A stretch of DNA of 63,951 nt, filler included, from Octopus bimaculoides (GCF_001194135.2; 4 parts of 3 records of this genome joined end to end with filler, not necessarily neighbours in it); one strand, 5' to 3'. Counted from the first letter of the whole stretch, positions 22,346-35,043 are shown. Made by a program: numbers and translations. Notes: a model not told the origin generated them from the sequence alone.

Positions 22346-25300
22346 TTGCCACCATCACATTTTGTTCTACTTACAAAAAAACAAAAAAAGCAACTTCTCC
22401 CTGTTACCTTCCTACTTCACTTCAGCCTTGTATTTTCCTATTTTATTTAAAATTTTTGTTACAGATATATTACTAGCTGAACATTATACTACGTTCCTCA
22501 GTTATTAATTTAATCAACACTGGCCACGTCAGTCACTACTCATCAAAGATATTTGAATTTATTTATATACATTTTGTTGAACTTTCAAAGTAGAATTCCC
22601 CTTGCACAACCTGACTATTATTTTTACTAATCTTATTGTTGTCATTGCTGGAGTAAGTTTCTTGGTGCAACAGTAAGTTCTTTGGCAATTCCTGTTGGAA
22701 CTGATTCTCTTATGTCGCTTAATGTCTTTGGGAAAGACATGAATGCAACAACTTAAATCTGAAGCTTTATGCCTCCACCAATGTATTAATAGATAATAAT
22801 AATAACAATAACAAACTTGAATTACTATCACCATATTGATAGTGTAACCTATATTTATATCATATTAATAAACCTACAGCACTACATACATACATACATG
22901 CACACACACACAGTTTCCTGGAGGGATAGATCAAAAAGCTTTAGAATTATTTCTTCAGCTTTGAAATAAAAATCTTGTGAGTTAATACAGCCTAACTGTT
23001 CCTATTTTGACTAGAAGGAATTTTGAAGGGATCCAGGCTATATTTCTAAATGAACTGTTTAAAAATTTCTGTTTAATTAACTTTTATGCAACTCATTTCT
23101 TTGATTTTTTTAAGATTCCTTTTCTGTTTTATTTAGTTATTAATGTTTAATTAGGTTTTTTTAACATTTATATTTAGCCTCCCCTCTGTGGAGCTAAAAT
23201 GGTTATTTGGATAAAGGATTAGTATGTTGAAAGTTTTCTATTATATCTAGAACCTCCAATATGGTCTTAGTTTTAGATGTTTGTTCATATTTTTCTATCT
23301 GTGATTGAAACAGTTACCTTTGCTATCATTGATATTGTGTTCTTAACTCTCATCAGCAGTTCATTTCAGTTGCTCAATTGTTCTCTAAGTTATTCTTTGA
23401 TTAAATAATTTGGTCTATATTATAACATTCTGGTGAGGGTGAGAAGATAAATAGAGAATAGAGGAAGAATAAAATGTGTTGACTTTTAAAACACCTGCAA
23501 AAATAATTTCATTTTCTTTTAAGGAATAACATTCAAAATTAAATCAGTCATTTCTTTTTCATCTTAAACTTTAAGTATACTTGTTTCAATTAGAACTATG
23601 AAATTAGAAGGGTTGTTGATATTGTGGTTCAAGTGTTTGTATAAAAATGTGTTACTGTTTGTTTGTGTAGGTAAACTGAGATCAGTTAGCAACAAATTTT
23701 CACCAGATTTGAACAGTATTTCTGTAATGGAGTTGTTTCATCAGAAAGCTTGAAATACTGTTCATTTCTTTGTGTTACTCATGTTTTACTCTCTGTCTCC
23801 ATCCATCATAGACTGCTTATGTATGAAGACAGAAAGAATACACTGGAAACCAACTTACTGACAGCAAGCTAAGTTAATGAGATGCTAACTTACTGGCAAC
23901 AAGTTGGTACAGATTAATAAAAGCAAAACAAAAAAAAAACTTGTAATGTGTCTCAAATGAAGAAATACTTTAATGCTTGGCTATTTTTGCTCTTTCTTTG
24001 TTATTTAAGCTTAATCCTTACTAAAAGTGACTTCTCAGACAAGGAGGTAAAAACAAAGAATACCTCTGCTGATTTTTAGAGCATTTATAGTTTAAAAAAT
24101 TATATTGTATTTCATCTTGCAATGATTTCAGATTTTTGTTCAAACAGAAAGGAAAAAGATAATCAAAAAAGAGAAAAAGGGAAAATCCAGATATTTTTGC
24201 CAGCCATGGTTAGAAAGAGTGACTGACCTTTGCTTTCAATTAACATCGGATTCCTTTGTTCTGATGCTAGTTTATCAACAACACAAATTTTACAGTGACA
24301 CTGTTTTCAAAAGTTCTGAACCAAATTACATATTCTAATATCACATTGCTGTGCTCATAAGTAAAAAAAAATAACTATGAATAAAACTTTTTGAAAGGTT
24401 GATTCATATTTGGTATTTTTCTTGTGCAATTTAGGAAAAATGCAGATATTAACATTTAATTCATTAGGATTAATAGAGTTTAAAAACAGAATGAGAAGTT
24501 CTTTGTGTTTATATTTAACTTCAATAAATTTCAAATGTCTACTAGGTTGTCTTCTACTTAAAAGTTTTCATATGAAAGTCAAATTTTGCAGCTTAAATTT
24601 CAACTCCAGAACTTCTGTATCTCATTTTTTGTAATTTTTTTTCCTCTTTAGTCATTGAACACTAAATAGGATGAAGAAGAAGTTAATTCTATTCCATTAT
24701 ATTAGCCTATTCCTGACCAAAATATCCAAGTCAGATATTTTTCTCCTATGAAATAATCCTATTTCCTCTGTTTTTGTTAATGAGCAGTAGCTTTGCTTGA
24801 TATGTAACAGATAGCAAAAGCCAACCAGTCTATCAAGGAATATTTTTTTCCTAGTGTTATTTTGAAATTGATCACAAAATTTCTCTCGTTATTATTTTTT
24901 ATTCTGCATGGCTTTTGTGTGTGGGGTGGGGTGGGGGTGTATTACATATTAATGGTTCATTTTTGTAAAAATTAGTTTTCTCTTAACAAAATGTTGTGTG
25001 GTGTTCTAGTCATTTCTTTGTATTCACTTGAAAGTAGGTCCTTTAAAGTTGTAAAAGCAAGTTAATGTCCAACTGTGGCTTCATAGAAAATTAAATGTTT
25101 TGTTTTCTCTCTTTTATCTTTCATGTTGATTGTTTATTTATCTAGCATTATGAAGTTGCAAGCAAAACAAACTGTTTGAAAACATGAAATAGTTCTTTTC
25201 TTTTTTTAACTTCTTTATAAATACAGCTTGCATATTGCAACAATTGGAAGGCAGTGGATTTAGTCAAAATGGTAGTGTGCTAGTCTTACAGTGCTTAATT

Positions 25301-26700
25301 TCATGTTTTTATATTTTGAGTTCAAATTCCAAAGTCAGCTTTATATTTCATCCCTTCAGGACTGATAAAATAACCCTTTCAAAAATTGGTCATGAGAAAA
25401 GAGATTCTCAATCTTGTTACAATTCAAAGGTATAATTACAACAAACTTTTTTTTAAAATCTGAATGGAAACATTTTGTCACCTACCCCGTTGATGACAAA
25501 GTTGAGTACCTTCCATTTCTTTATTCTTTACCTGTTTCTTCAGCTTAGACAAAATCCATTAAAGTAGCCTCTGGTCTCATTTTTAATAACAGCAGAGAAA
25601 ACTGTACATACAAATATGTAATTATGTATGCATTGTAGCATTGGATCACATCCCCACTGCAGTACGCATAGTGTTGTTGGCACACTTCAGAGAGCATATG
25701 ATGGGTATGAAAACTGAAATAACACATCTACATTGATACCTGGACATATCTTCTCACTATGAAGAAGTATTGGACAGTTATCTTATTTCCACACTGTCTT
25801 TAAAACTGTTTCTCTACAGATTAGCTTTGATGTACTGTGGACACTTTTGTTATCCTATCAACATCAACTCTTTTCTGTATGATGGCCTATTGCAGCTCTT
25901 TTGGCCAAACAATAACAAGAAAATAAGCCCCAACATTTTTATATGCTGTGAAAATGTTGAGTGGGTGAATGAACAAGTAATCCATTTTTTCTCCTCCCAC
26001 ATCCCCCCCATCTACAACAAAACTTTTATTTATTTCATTTTATTTATTTTTGACACTCTTTGTTAGAGAAACTAATTTTCATTAGGAAAAATTATTTCAA
26101 GACATGGACTGTACTTGTCTTCTTTTACTGCCAATATCCAGATGTTTGTTCACCCAGAAAGAATTAACAAAATAAAGAAAAATTTTTTTTAAAAAACTAA
26201 ATTAAAAAAAAAAACAATCTTATTGGCAAAACTTTTTTTTTTTGTTAATTATAATTTCTTGACTGAGTTCTTGAAATTCATTTCCTTTTCTTTGTATCAG
26301 CTACTTTCTAAAATATACATTCTCTAAAAAAAATTAAATAAATAAATAAAAAATGGCAGATTTTGTTTTTCTCCTAATAGTGGTGTGGGATGCTTGCTGA
26401 CTTTTGCAACCAGGCTTCACTTTAGGAATAGCATGGCTAATTTGCAAATGATTGTCCAGACATTTTCAGTGAACATGTCTTTGACTTTCAAAGTAATAAA
26501 TACTCAAGTACTATCTAATATATGAGTAAATATTTGTTTTCATTGCATTAGTAGACAATTTGTTTTCCATTTCTTTATTCACACCAAACAACATTATTGT
26601 GTGATCTTTACACATTCAAAAATTACTCCTACCAAAAGCAGTTTCTTCATTGTTTAGGGATCACTATATATGCATGCACACACACACATGTGTATAAAAA
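22346..26700 (+). other. Putative long staufen 3' UTR (end uncertain)
   Basis: About 4.3 kb of T-rich sequence with no recognisable transposon, unlike the TE-packed introns. Many AATAAA hexamers, including a cluster at about 26338-26350. Confidence 0.45.
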
Positions 26701-27204
26701 TAAGAACACAAATGGGTTTTAAAGGTTCACAACAGTTGTTTCAGCAGTATTTCTTTATTAACGAATAGATTGATTACATCATGAAACAAAATCTGCATTT
26801 GTAAGATGAGTTTAAACTTAGGTAGAAGATTCCAAGTCCACTTTGTTTGGCATGGCCCAAGTGAGTGAGAGATATGAAGAACAATTGAAATTTAATGGGC
26901 TTCAGTGTATCCACATGGAGCAGAGGTTTACAATAAAATTTTTAAAGAACTCATTACAACCTACTCATGTCTTCAAAGGGAACTATGGAGATATTAAAAG
27001 ATGGGAAGAAGACAGGGAAAAAAAAAAAGAAGGATTGATGTGGAAAGTGAAAAAGAATCGCCCTTGTAGATTCAGCATAGATAAGCAAATGTTCCAGTTG
27101 GTGCCAAAAATTTAGTAACCATTCAATACTCATCTGCACCCACACACAAATATACATACACATGTGCATACACATCCATTGTATTGATATACACATACAC
27201 ACAC

Positions 27205-27345
27205 ACACACAAGAAACTTTCTTCCCAACCACATGGTTCCAAGTTCAGTCCCACTGCATGGCACCTTGGGCAAGTATATAGCCTTGGGCTGACCAAAGCT
27301 TTGTGAATGGATTTGGTAGATGGAAACTGAAAGAAACCAGTCGTA
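27205..27345 (+). mobile_element. SINE family A (5'-truncated)
   Basis: cttcccaaccacatggttccaagttcagtcccactgcatggcaccttgggcaag...ggatttggtagatggaaactgaaagaa. Confidence 0.8.
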
Positions 27346-27809
27346 TATGCAGGGTGCGTAAGATATTTGAGGACAGATTTATGTTTATAGAAAAACATAA
27401 CTTTATTGATATAAAAAATGCTATGAGGATAAAAATAAACCCAAATGACAAAAAGGGAAATGAACACGGAATCCAGCAAGAAAAGTATTAAAAATAATCA
27501 TTAACACATATAGATGTATAAACGCCCTCGAGCAAGCTGTATGGTGTGAGTCCACTCACTCATACAAGCATCTGCAAAAATGTGAGCATACACTCACGTG
27601 AGGTTTGGTGCACTCATGATCACAAAGTGAGTTAGCTATCTACTTTGTTTCTTCATTTTTTGGAGATTAATTATATATATATTCGTTTTGCAAGATTCTT
27701 GATGTGAATCTGTGTGTTGAAACAGATGTTGTATTTAGGAATGGTCATGTTGCCAGTTTAGCCAATAAAAACAGCGCATGTGTTTTTATTGACTAAACTG
27801 GCAACAAGA

Positions 27810-27909
27810 CATATATATATATATATGTATGTATATATATATGTATATGTATGTATGTATATATATATATATGTGTGTGTGTGTGTATATGTATATATAT
27901 ATATATGTC

Positions 27910-27995
<86 letters not shown>

Positions 27996-28073
27996 TATGT
28001 ATATATATGTCTGTATATATATATATATATGTCTATGTATATATATGTTTGTATATATATATATATATATATA
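27810..28073. repeat. (TA)n/(TATG)n compound microsatellite running into an assembly gap
   Basis: Directly visible. Confidence 0.95.
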
Positions 28074-28173
28074 NNNNNNNNNNNNNNNNNNNNNNNNNNN
28101 NNNNNNNNNNNNNNNNNNNNNNNNNNNNNNNNNNNNNNNNNNNNNNNNNNNNNNNNNNNNNNNNNNNNNNNNN

Positions 28174-28892
28174 GTCACAGGTCCGGTCAATCGATTTGTA
28201 GATGCACTCCTCACCTGGAATTCGGCTGGTCATTGATAGCACTGACACCTACATTTTTGGGGGCCAGGATAGTTCTTTCACTGAGCCAATTGATGTCTGC
28301 ATAGTTACTTTCCAGATTGGGGAACACTGTTTCCAAAAGATCAGAAGGGTTGTCCACGGTGTTGCACAGTTCAGAGATGGATATGTCGCCCATATCATTC
28401 CTAGGGAGCTTGCCTTCTCCAAGGGCTAAAATGTCTTCAGCAAATGCTGCAGACGTGCTATCACCAAGCAAGTGCGCACGCATGTTTGTGCTTAGGCATG
28501 ACATCTTAACCTGGGGTTACAACGTTGATGACTTAAGGGATGCACGCACTTCATCAGCCCTGGTTCCTTTAGGGATGACAGGAAGGGTTTGTTGGAAATC
28601 TCCTGAAAGCAATAGAGTTACACCACCCATAGAAGCTGTAGAATCCCTGATATCTTTCAGTGACCGGTCCAGTGCTTCAAGGGCACCCTTATTGGCCATT
28701 GTGCATTCATCCCATACAATGAGACGGCACTGTCTAAGAACTTCAGCTTCCTCTGAATTTTTGCTAATATTGCAAGTAGGAACCTCGGCCCTCACCAAAT
28801 CCAAAGGCAGCTTGAATGCCGAGTGCGCCGTCCTACCTCCTGGCAATAACGTAGCAGCGATTCCCGAGGATGCAACAGCTAGCGCAATTTGT
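28174..28892 (-). mobile_element. Helitron Rep/Hel fragment (PIF1-like helicase), degenerate
   Basis: LLPGGRTAHSAFKLPL...LIVWDECTMANKGALEALDRSLKDIR...MGGVTLLLSGDFQQTLPVIPKGTRADEV...LSTNMRA...WLSERTILAPKN. One in-frame stop. Bounded by gaps on both sides. Confidence 0.9.
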
Positions 28893-28992
28893 NNNNNNNN
28901 NNNNNNNNNNNNNNNNNNNNNNNNNNNNNNNNNNNNTTAATTAATTAANNNNNNNNNNNNNNNNNNNNNNNNNNNNNNNNNNNNNNNNNNNN
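28893..28992. other. Artificial 100-bp spacer (44N-TTAATTAATTAA-44N)
   Basis: Identical structure at 35981-36080 and 62573-62672. The 12-mer is palindromic and gives stops in all six frames. Confidence 0.92.
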
Positions 28993-29305
28993 ACTCTTTC
29001 TTTATTTTTTCTTTCATTTGTGTATGTTGTATCCTATCTAGTTCATTGACTCCTAAATACTTATATGGTTGGCTTTCGTCTAGTTCTCTTATTTCATTGG
29101 CTTTATCTAGTGTTATATTGCTACTTTTAACTAATTTTCCTCTTTTCAGGGTTGCTTTGGCACATTTTTCTAATCCGAATTTCATTTCTATTTCCTTGGT
29201 AAAGCCGTGTACTGTCTGTAGTAGTGTTTCTAGCTCTTTGTCGTTTTTTGCATATAATTTTAGGTCATCCATATATAGAAGGTGGCTGACTGTTTTTCCA
29301 TAGCA

Positions 29306-29306
<1 letters not shown>
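28993..29306 (-). mobile_element. R4/Dong-like non-LTR retrotransposon RT fragment next to a (TAA)n repeat
   Basis: VSHLLYMDDLKLYAKNDKELETLLQTV..F...IEMKFGLEKCAK...YKYLGV. The 5' side abuts (TAA)n at 29306-29355. Confidence 0.75.
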
Positions 29307-29358
<52 letters not shown>

Positions 29359-29771
29359 GTTTATCAAATATATGACTGTAACTTTATTTACATATTAATC
29401 CCTCAGGAGATCTGTGACTAAAACGTTGCAAGATTAATTAATGCATCTCACCAACATCCCACATCATTATCTAAATATTTTAGAGATAGCTTGAAAACTG
29501 TTGACACTAATCGTTTACTTAACTCGACAGATCTTTGTGGCTATTGAACTCTTTAGTACAACATGAGAACTATCTTTTAGTTTTTAGAGCTATGCTAAAT
29601 ATTTTTACTACTAGATGTTAGTAATTTCTCTTGAACTTTCTTCTGTCTCCTGCTTCTGAAGAAGAACTTTGCTCAAAACGTAAAACACCCTTTCTTTCCT
29701 TCTCTGAACGTCTTATTAATACTTTGCATGCACCACGTCCTCTTGTTGTTGTTTTTTCCTGTGTGTTTTTC

Positions 29772-29805
<34 letters not shown>

Positions 29806-29815
29806 NNNNNNNNNN

Positions 29816-29850
<35 letters not shown>

Positions 29851-29915
29851 ACATGCAACAATATATTTCGATTATGTTTAAAACACATTTCAAACTGTCT
29901 TTGCAAATTTTTCAG

Positions 29916-30154
29916 CATGTGAATGTCGAGCATCAGGTGATCCTCATTATAGGACATTTGATGGTCAGATGATTCATTTCATGGGATCGTGTAAATATAC
30001 ACTTACATCAACAATAAATGGAACCCTATTACCCAAGTTCAATGTCGAAGTGAAAAACGAACATCGTGGCAACAACAGGGTTTCCTACACTCGCTTGGTT
30101 GATATCAAAATAAATGGTGTTACACTTCGTCTGTATCCAAGACGAAAAATTGCG
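29916..30154 (+). CDS. vWD-C8-TIL repeat protein (FCGBP/zonadhesin/tectorin-like), exon: vWD N-terminal half
   Basis: ttttcag|CA...GCG|gtaagt. Encodes CECRASGDPHYRTFDGQMIHFMGSCKYTL...FNVEVKNEHRGNNRVSYTRLVDI, the classic C.ASGDPHY.TFDG..HFMG.C.Y vWD start. Confidence 0.92.
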
Positions 30155-30824
30155 GTAAGTTGTAACCACACACTCATTTGTCGAAGAGTAAATAAATCAG
30201 TAAGAAAACCAGTGATACATAAGTGTCTTCCGCTGGAACATTATTTAACTAGAACATTATCTGAATATCGCATCATTATATGAATCCAGCCCTGTCAGTA
30301 AACGAAATTCTTGTCAATTATATATTTCATTGTATTTTTCATCTCGACTTTTAGACTGTGTCTGTGCCCTTCACATACACTTAATTATAACACTATACAC
30401 AGTTCGTCTACCAGTTTGGCAATAACGTAGCCGATGCAAGACTAACACACGGATCTCTTAGTAAGAGAGAACAAGTTAAAATCATATCATCAGACCTACT
30501 TTCTCGACCCTACACACATTTCCTAGTGATAAGACATCAAAATCGTTATGAGAATATAGGAAATTGCCCAAATGTCCGAAGGGGGCTCCGGATCTGACAG
30601 TGCCTTCTAAATCAGGGTGTGATTTAGAGCATAAAACTTCATGTCAACTGCTTGTTCTTCGTCATGTTTTCTGGCTCAATGTGATAATAAAGAGGCACCT
30701 GAATGAGTTGCCCTCATTGAACCGCTGGTAACGACAGCAATGCTGTGAACATGAAGGTCGATTATTTCATCCCTGTTTCATTTAAATGAAATGTGAACAT
30801 ACTACTAGCCAATCGTACACACAC

Positions 30825-31370
30825 GCACATATGTTTGTGTGGTAAATACATATATACTGACAGGAGGAATTAGTTGAACATGTGCCGTTCACTGACGATG
30901 CCCATAGAATAGGTAAAACTAGACGTCTAGACTGGGGACTTACGAACCAGCATGGGACGGTTACCTCCCCTGTCAGCATGTGTGTATGCTTCTTCGCTCT
31001 TCCTACACCTTTATGAGTATTCTAACTAATTTTTCCTTTATGGTATCTCACTGCGACTATCTGTTTATGCTAATTTTTTGTGTACACCACAGTCCTTTAA
31101 ATCATCCATAAATTTTTATGGAAAATACATATATGTTGACAGGCGAAATTAGCCGAATATGTGCCGTTCGAGTAGTCCTCACTGACGATGCTAACAGAAT
31201 AGGTAAAACTAGACGTCTAGTTTGCGGATTTTCGAGTGGCCATACACTCTTCCTTCAGCATTAAGAGTATTCTAACTCTTATTTCTAGACGTTCAAGTGC
31301 GTCAGAACCCTTAATCACAATTAGTGACGATTGAATTTTTCCATTATGGTATCTCATTGTACCTAGCAGT
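30825..31370. repeat. Two-copy imperfect tandem duplication (about 290 bp)
   Basis: Shared blocks atgtgccgttc, actgacgatgc, agaataggtaaaactagacgtctag and gagtattctaact at about 30880-31030 and 31160-31280. Confidence 0.8.
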
Positions 31371-32008
31371 TTATAGTAATTGTGTGTGTGTGTGTGTGTG
31401 TGCGCGCAATTGTACACAATATTGCATAGCTGTCATTTACCCTTTCACCAGCATACAGTTAACTGATTTAAATCATTAGAATATTTATGATGTTGTGTCT
31501 TTAATTATCATTCGGTACGGTACGAACTATAAACATTTCGGTTATAACTTTCACGCTTGGCCAATCTTTCTATGTGCATTTCTTACATGAAAATAATTTT
31601 TTGCATCATAGATTAAATAAATAACAATGGAAAGCGTTTGAATATTTGGTAAGGTTTCAAACAGGACGAATTTAAATTAAGACATAACGTCCATTTTCGG
31701 ATGAATTCATAAATTATAAAAATGGTTCGACTCTAAGCTCTTAGATTTGCACAGGAACAAACCAGATTTTTTAAACAATAAGCTGCTTTTGAAACAGATG
31801 TGCCTGTCCATATTTACAACGTTACTAATCCATACAAATAATGACAGAGTCATTTAATTGTTTGAACAATTGCATTTATATTTAAAATTTGAGCAAATAA
31901 AAATGATTGATACTTTTAAAATACGAAAACAATAACTTAGTAAATTTGTAATGAATAAAACACTAAAAGCAAATTATGTAGAACACTGAAAACTCAAAGT
32001 TATTGCAA

Positions 32009-32164
32009 GTTGTCCACTTAATGTGACAGTCCCATAAAAGGGAAGAATGCTACTGTTATTTAGCCCTAGGAAATACAGTTTCCTGTTGGACTTGACACAT
32101 TTCTTAGAGCGAAATAACAGTAGCATTTTTCCCTTTTATGAGACTGTCACATTAAGTTGACAAC
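32009..32164. mobile_element. 156-bp hairpin (MITE-like) in a vWD gene intron
   Basis: Arms of about 60 bp: gttgtccacttaatgtgacagtcccataaaagggaagaatgctactgttattt versus aaataacagtagcatttttcccttttatgagactgtcacattaagttgacaac. Confidence 0.8.
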
Positions 32165-32645
32165 ATACTATCACTTTATCGTGCTGCTACTGCATAAATC
32201 TCTCTGAGAGATCTAGAAATATATTGTTTCTATATACTGAAAACTCAGTTTGCAACCGTTACTATATTGTTTATAAAGAACCTCAACTTCTCGAAAAGAG
32301 AACAATGGAAAAGAGAAAATATAATTTTGCTATTATTTTAACCGAAGGCACAAACAAATTAAGTGGAAAATTTCTCATAGAATATTGAATAAATTATTAT
32401 ATCTACTGCACTTATCAAATGAAAAACTCAAATATATTCAGAAAAACTCAATCGCATCAGACTAGACAGCACTATGCACTCATGCGAGCATATGTGTATG
32501 ATGACAAATCGCGCACTTTCAAATCTGCCATATTTTGTACCATTATACTCTTGATTTACTTGGCGTGCATGTTAAGATTTAAAAATGCCTGGAAGAGACA
32601 AATGTAATTAGCACATAATATATTCTTCATTTTGTTAAATTCTAG

Positions 32646-32953
32646 GTCAACAATCAACTATTAGAAATGCCACTGATTACGTACATGGGATTCACGGTTT
32701 TCAATTCTGCTGGATGGGTTATAGCAACCACATCATTCGGGCTTCAGGTGAAGTTTGATGGTAACCATCGTGTTATTGTCAAAGTACCACGTGTTTATAG
32801 TGGGAAATTGTCAGGTATCTGTGGTGATTGCAATCGTAAGAAAGATGACTGGCGTACAAAGGCCGGCGTTGACGTAACAAGGAAAAGAAACAAATATTCT
32901 CTTATTGGTAAAAGCTATGCAATTATCGACGACAGCAATAAACCTAGCAAAAA
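32646..32953 (+). CDS. vWD-C8-TIL protein, exon: vWD C-terminal half
   Basis: tctag|GTC...AA|gttagt. Encodes VNNQLLEMP...FGLQVKFDGNHRVIVKVPRVYSGKLSGICGDCNRKKDDWRTKAG. Phase 0 to 2. Confidence 0.92.
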
Positions 32954-33045
32954 GTTAGTATCAAATTTGAATCTTTCCAAATTTATCTATACCATCTGTC
33001 TCTATATTTAAATTCTACCTATCTATCTATCTATCTATCTATCTA

Positions 33046-33086
<41 letters not shown>

Positions 33087-33251
33087 TTATCTAACCATAA
33101 CTCTCACTCAATCACTCCATATATATATATATATATATATATGGTGTGTGTATACATATACAAATATACAAACATATATATATATATATACATACCTACA
33201 TACATATACATACACACACACACATTCAGACACATATTTACATACATACAA

Positions 33252-33324
<73 letters not shown>

Positions 33325-34222
33325 NNNNNNNNNNNNNNNNNNNNNNNNNNNNNNNNNNNNNNNNNNNNNNNNNNNNNNNNNNNNNNNNNNNNNNNNNNNN
33401 NNNNNNNNNNNNNNNNNNNNNNNNNNNNNNNNNNNNNNNGTGTGTATTGTAAATGTATATATATGTGTGTGTGTGTGTGTATTATAATGTTAGGGAATTA
33501 CAAAATCCGAACTTACAAGGATATACAATTTAATAATATCAAATTGAATTATATAATGAAAATATATTAATAATTTAGAGAAGAACCACCACTCTTTATG
33601 GAGATCAGACACCATAAAAAAGCGTACTATACAAAATACTAATTTAAAAATCTAAAAAATTCAAGAGAAAATTTGTAATCCATAAAATCTATAAAATATT
33701 AGACTAAAAATTTAGATCAGTTTAATAAATTTTAAAAAATGAAAGTGAATAAAAGAATACGCGCGTTTCATAGCCACATAAAAGTGGGAAAGATCTGGTC
33801 AATCTGCAATGAATCGATTAAGATAAATACCACTCTTCAGGTCTTGTGATTTCAAAAAACGTATCCTAATATTTAAAAATGCGATAAAATAAGAAAATTA
33901 GAAAAATCTGTACGTTTAGGCAATATTTAGTACAATAAATAAACTGTAATGGTTTTATAAATGTTTAGCCAGTCTCTGTAAGCTATATATATATGTATGC
34001 CACCATCGAGCTGCAAGCTTCTTATGAGCCATACAAGTGTATTAATTTCCTTTATTCGTCTCTCCTTCTGGCATTAATGGACAGGGAAATAAGAAAACAC
34101 ATTAGCACTATAGTATATTTTAAACATTTATAACATTTTGGATTTGTCAGAAATCATCATGTTTCCAGCACTTGACGCCGGTAATTTCTTGAAAATATCT
34201 TTTCTTTATCTTTATTTTTCAG

Positions 34223-34497
34223 GTGCGAAGTTACAGATCCCAGTACTACATGTTCTAAATCAGTAACCAAAGTTTGTGACTATATGAAAGATTTCAGCGG
34301 TATTTTTAAAAAATGTCTGACGAAATTAGGCATTAATGTAGCACAACAATATTTTCAGTCTTGCAAGATTGATGCTTGTGCTTATAAAACTGTATCTAAG
34401 ACACTCAAAGAAGTTACCTGCCGAGCCTACGAAGCTCTCGTTGGTGCATGTGAAGATGCTGGTGTCTTAGTTAACTGGAGAGGAGTTCTTGGATGCC
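34223..34497 (+). CDS. vWD-C8-TIL protein, exon: C8 domain
   Basis: ttttcag|G TGC...TGC C|gtaagt. Encodes CEVTDPSTTCSKSVTKVCDYM...FKKCL...YFQSCKIDAC...TCRAYEALVGACEDAGVLVNWRGVLGC. Phase 2 to 1. Confidence 0.92.
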
Positions 34498-34843
34498 GTA
34501 AGTAAATATTTGGAAATGCTTAATTTTCTTCTAAATTATTTTTCCTTTTCAACCATTCGTTTGTTCATTATTATTCGAAATATTTCAGTAACAGTATGAT
34601 TTATCCGTAATTTCCTCCAAAATTTATGAAAATTCACGTTATTTTACTTTTCTTCATTTTCCAAAGTATAGCATTGTAGACAAATGAAATTTCAGAAAAT
34701 TATCAACTTCATCATCACTATGACAAATACCTTCATCGTCATTTTCTCATATCTAACTGTTGCCTTACCCTCCACCATCTCTTCCTTTTTCCTCGCACTC
34801 TCCTCATTTTTATCATCATTATCCTTTGTCATTTTAAATTTAG

Positions 34844-35043
34844 GTTTGGATTGTTCGAGAGGCAAAAACATGATGTACAAAGTTAAAATAGCCGCCAACC
34901 AACCAACTTGCTTCAACAGAAATCCTGTACCCTTTTCATATTATAGTGATGGATGTGTATGCAAGCCGAACTATATTCTTAGCGGCAATGAATGTGTACC
35001 TAAATCAAAATGTGGTTGCATGTATAAAGGAATGTATATGAAG
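34844..35043 (+). CDS. vWD-C8-TIL protein, exon: atypical TIL domain and start of vWC-like module
   Basis: tttag|GT...AAG|gttagt. Encodes (R)LDCSRGKNMMYKVKIAANQPTCFNRNPVPFSYYSDGCVCKPNYILSGNECVPKSKCGCMYKGMYMK. Confidence 0.9.

Noticed and set aside
27780-28304. Long Y/I/C/V/H/T-repeat ORFs here and at 29600-29970, 33141-33570, 36087-36507, 37056-37435 and 63402-63632
   Set aside because: Translations of (TA)n, (TG)n and (CA)n microsatellites or N gaps.
28317-28940. 207-aa plus-strand ORF
   Set aside because: Antisense shadow of the Helitron helicase.
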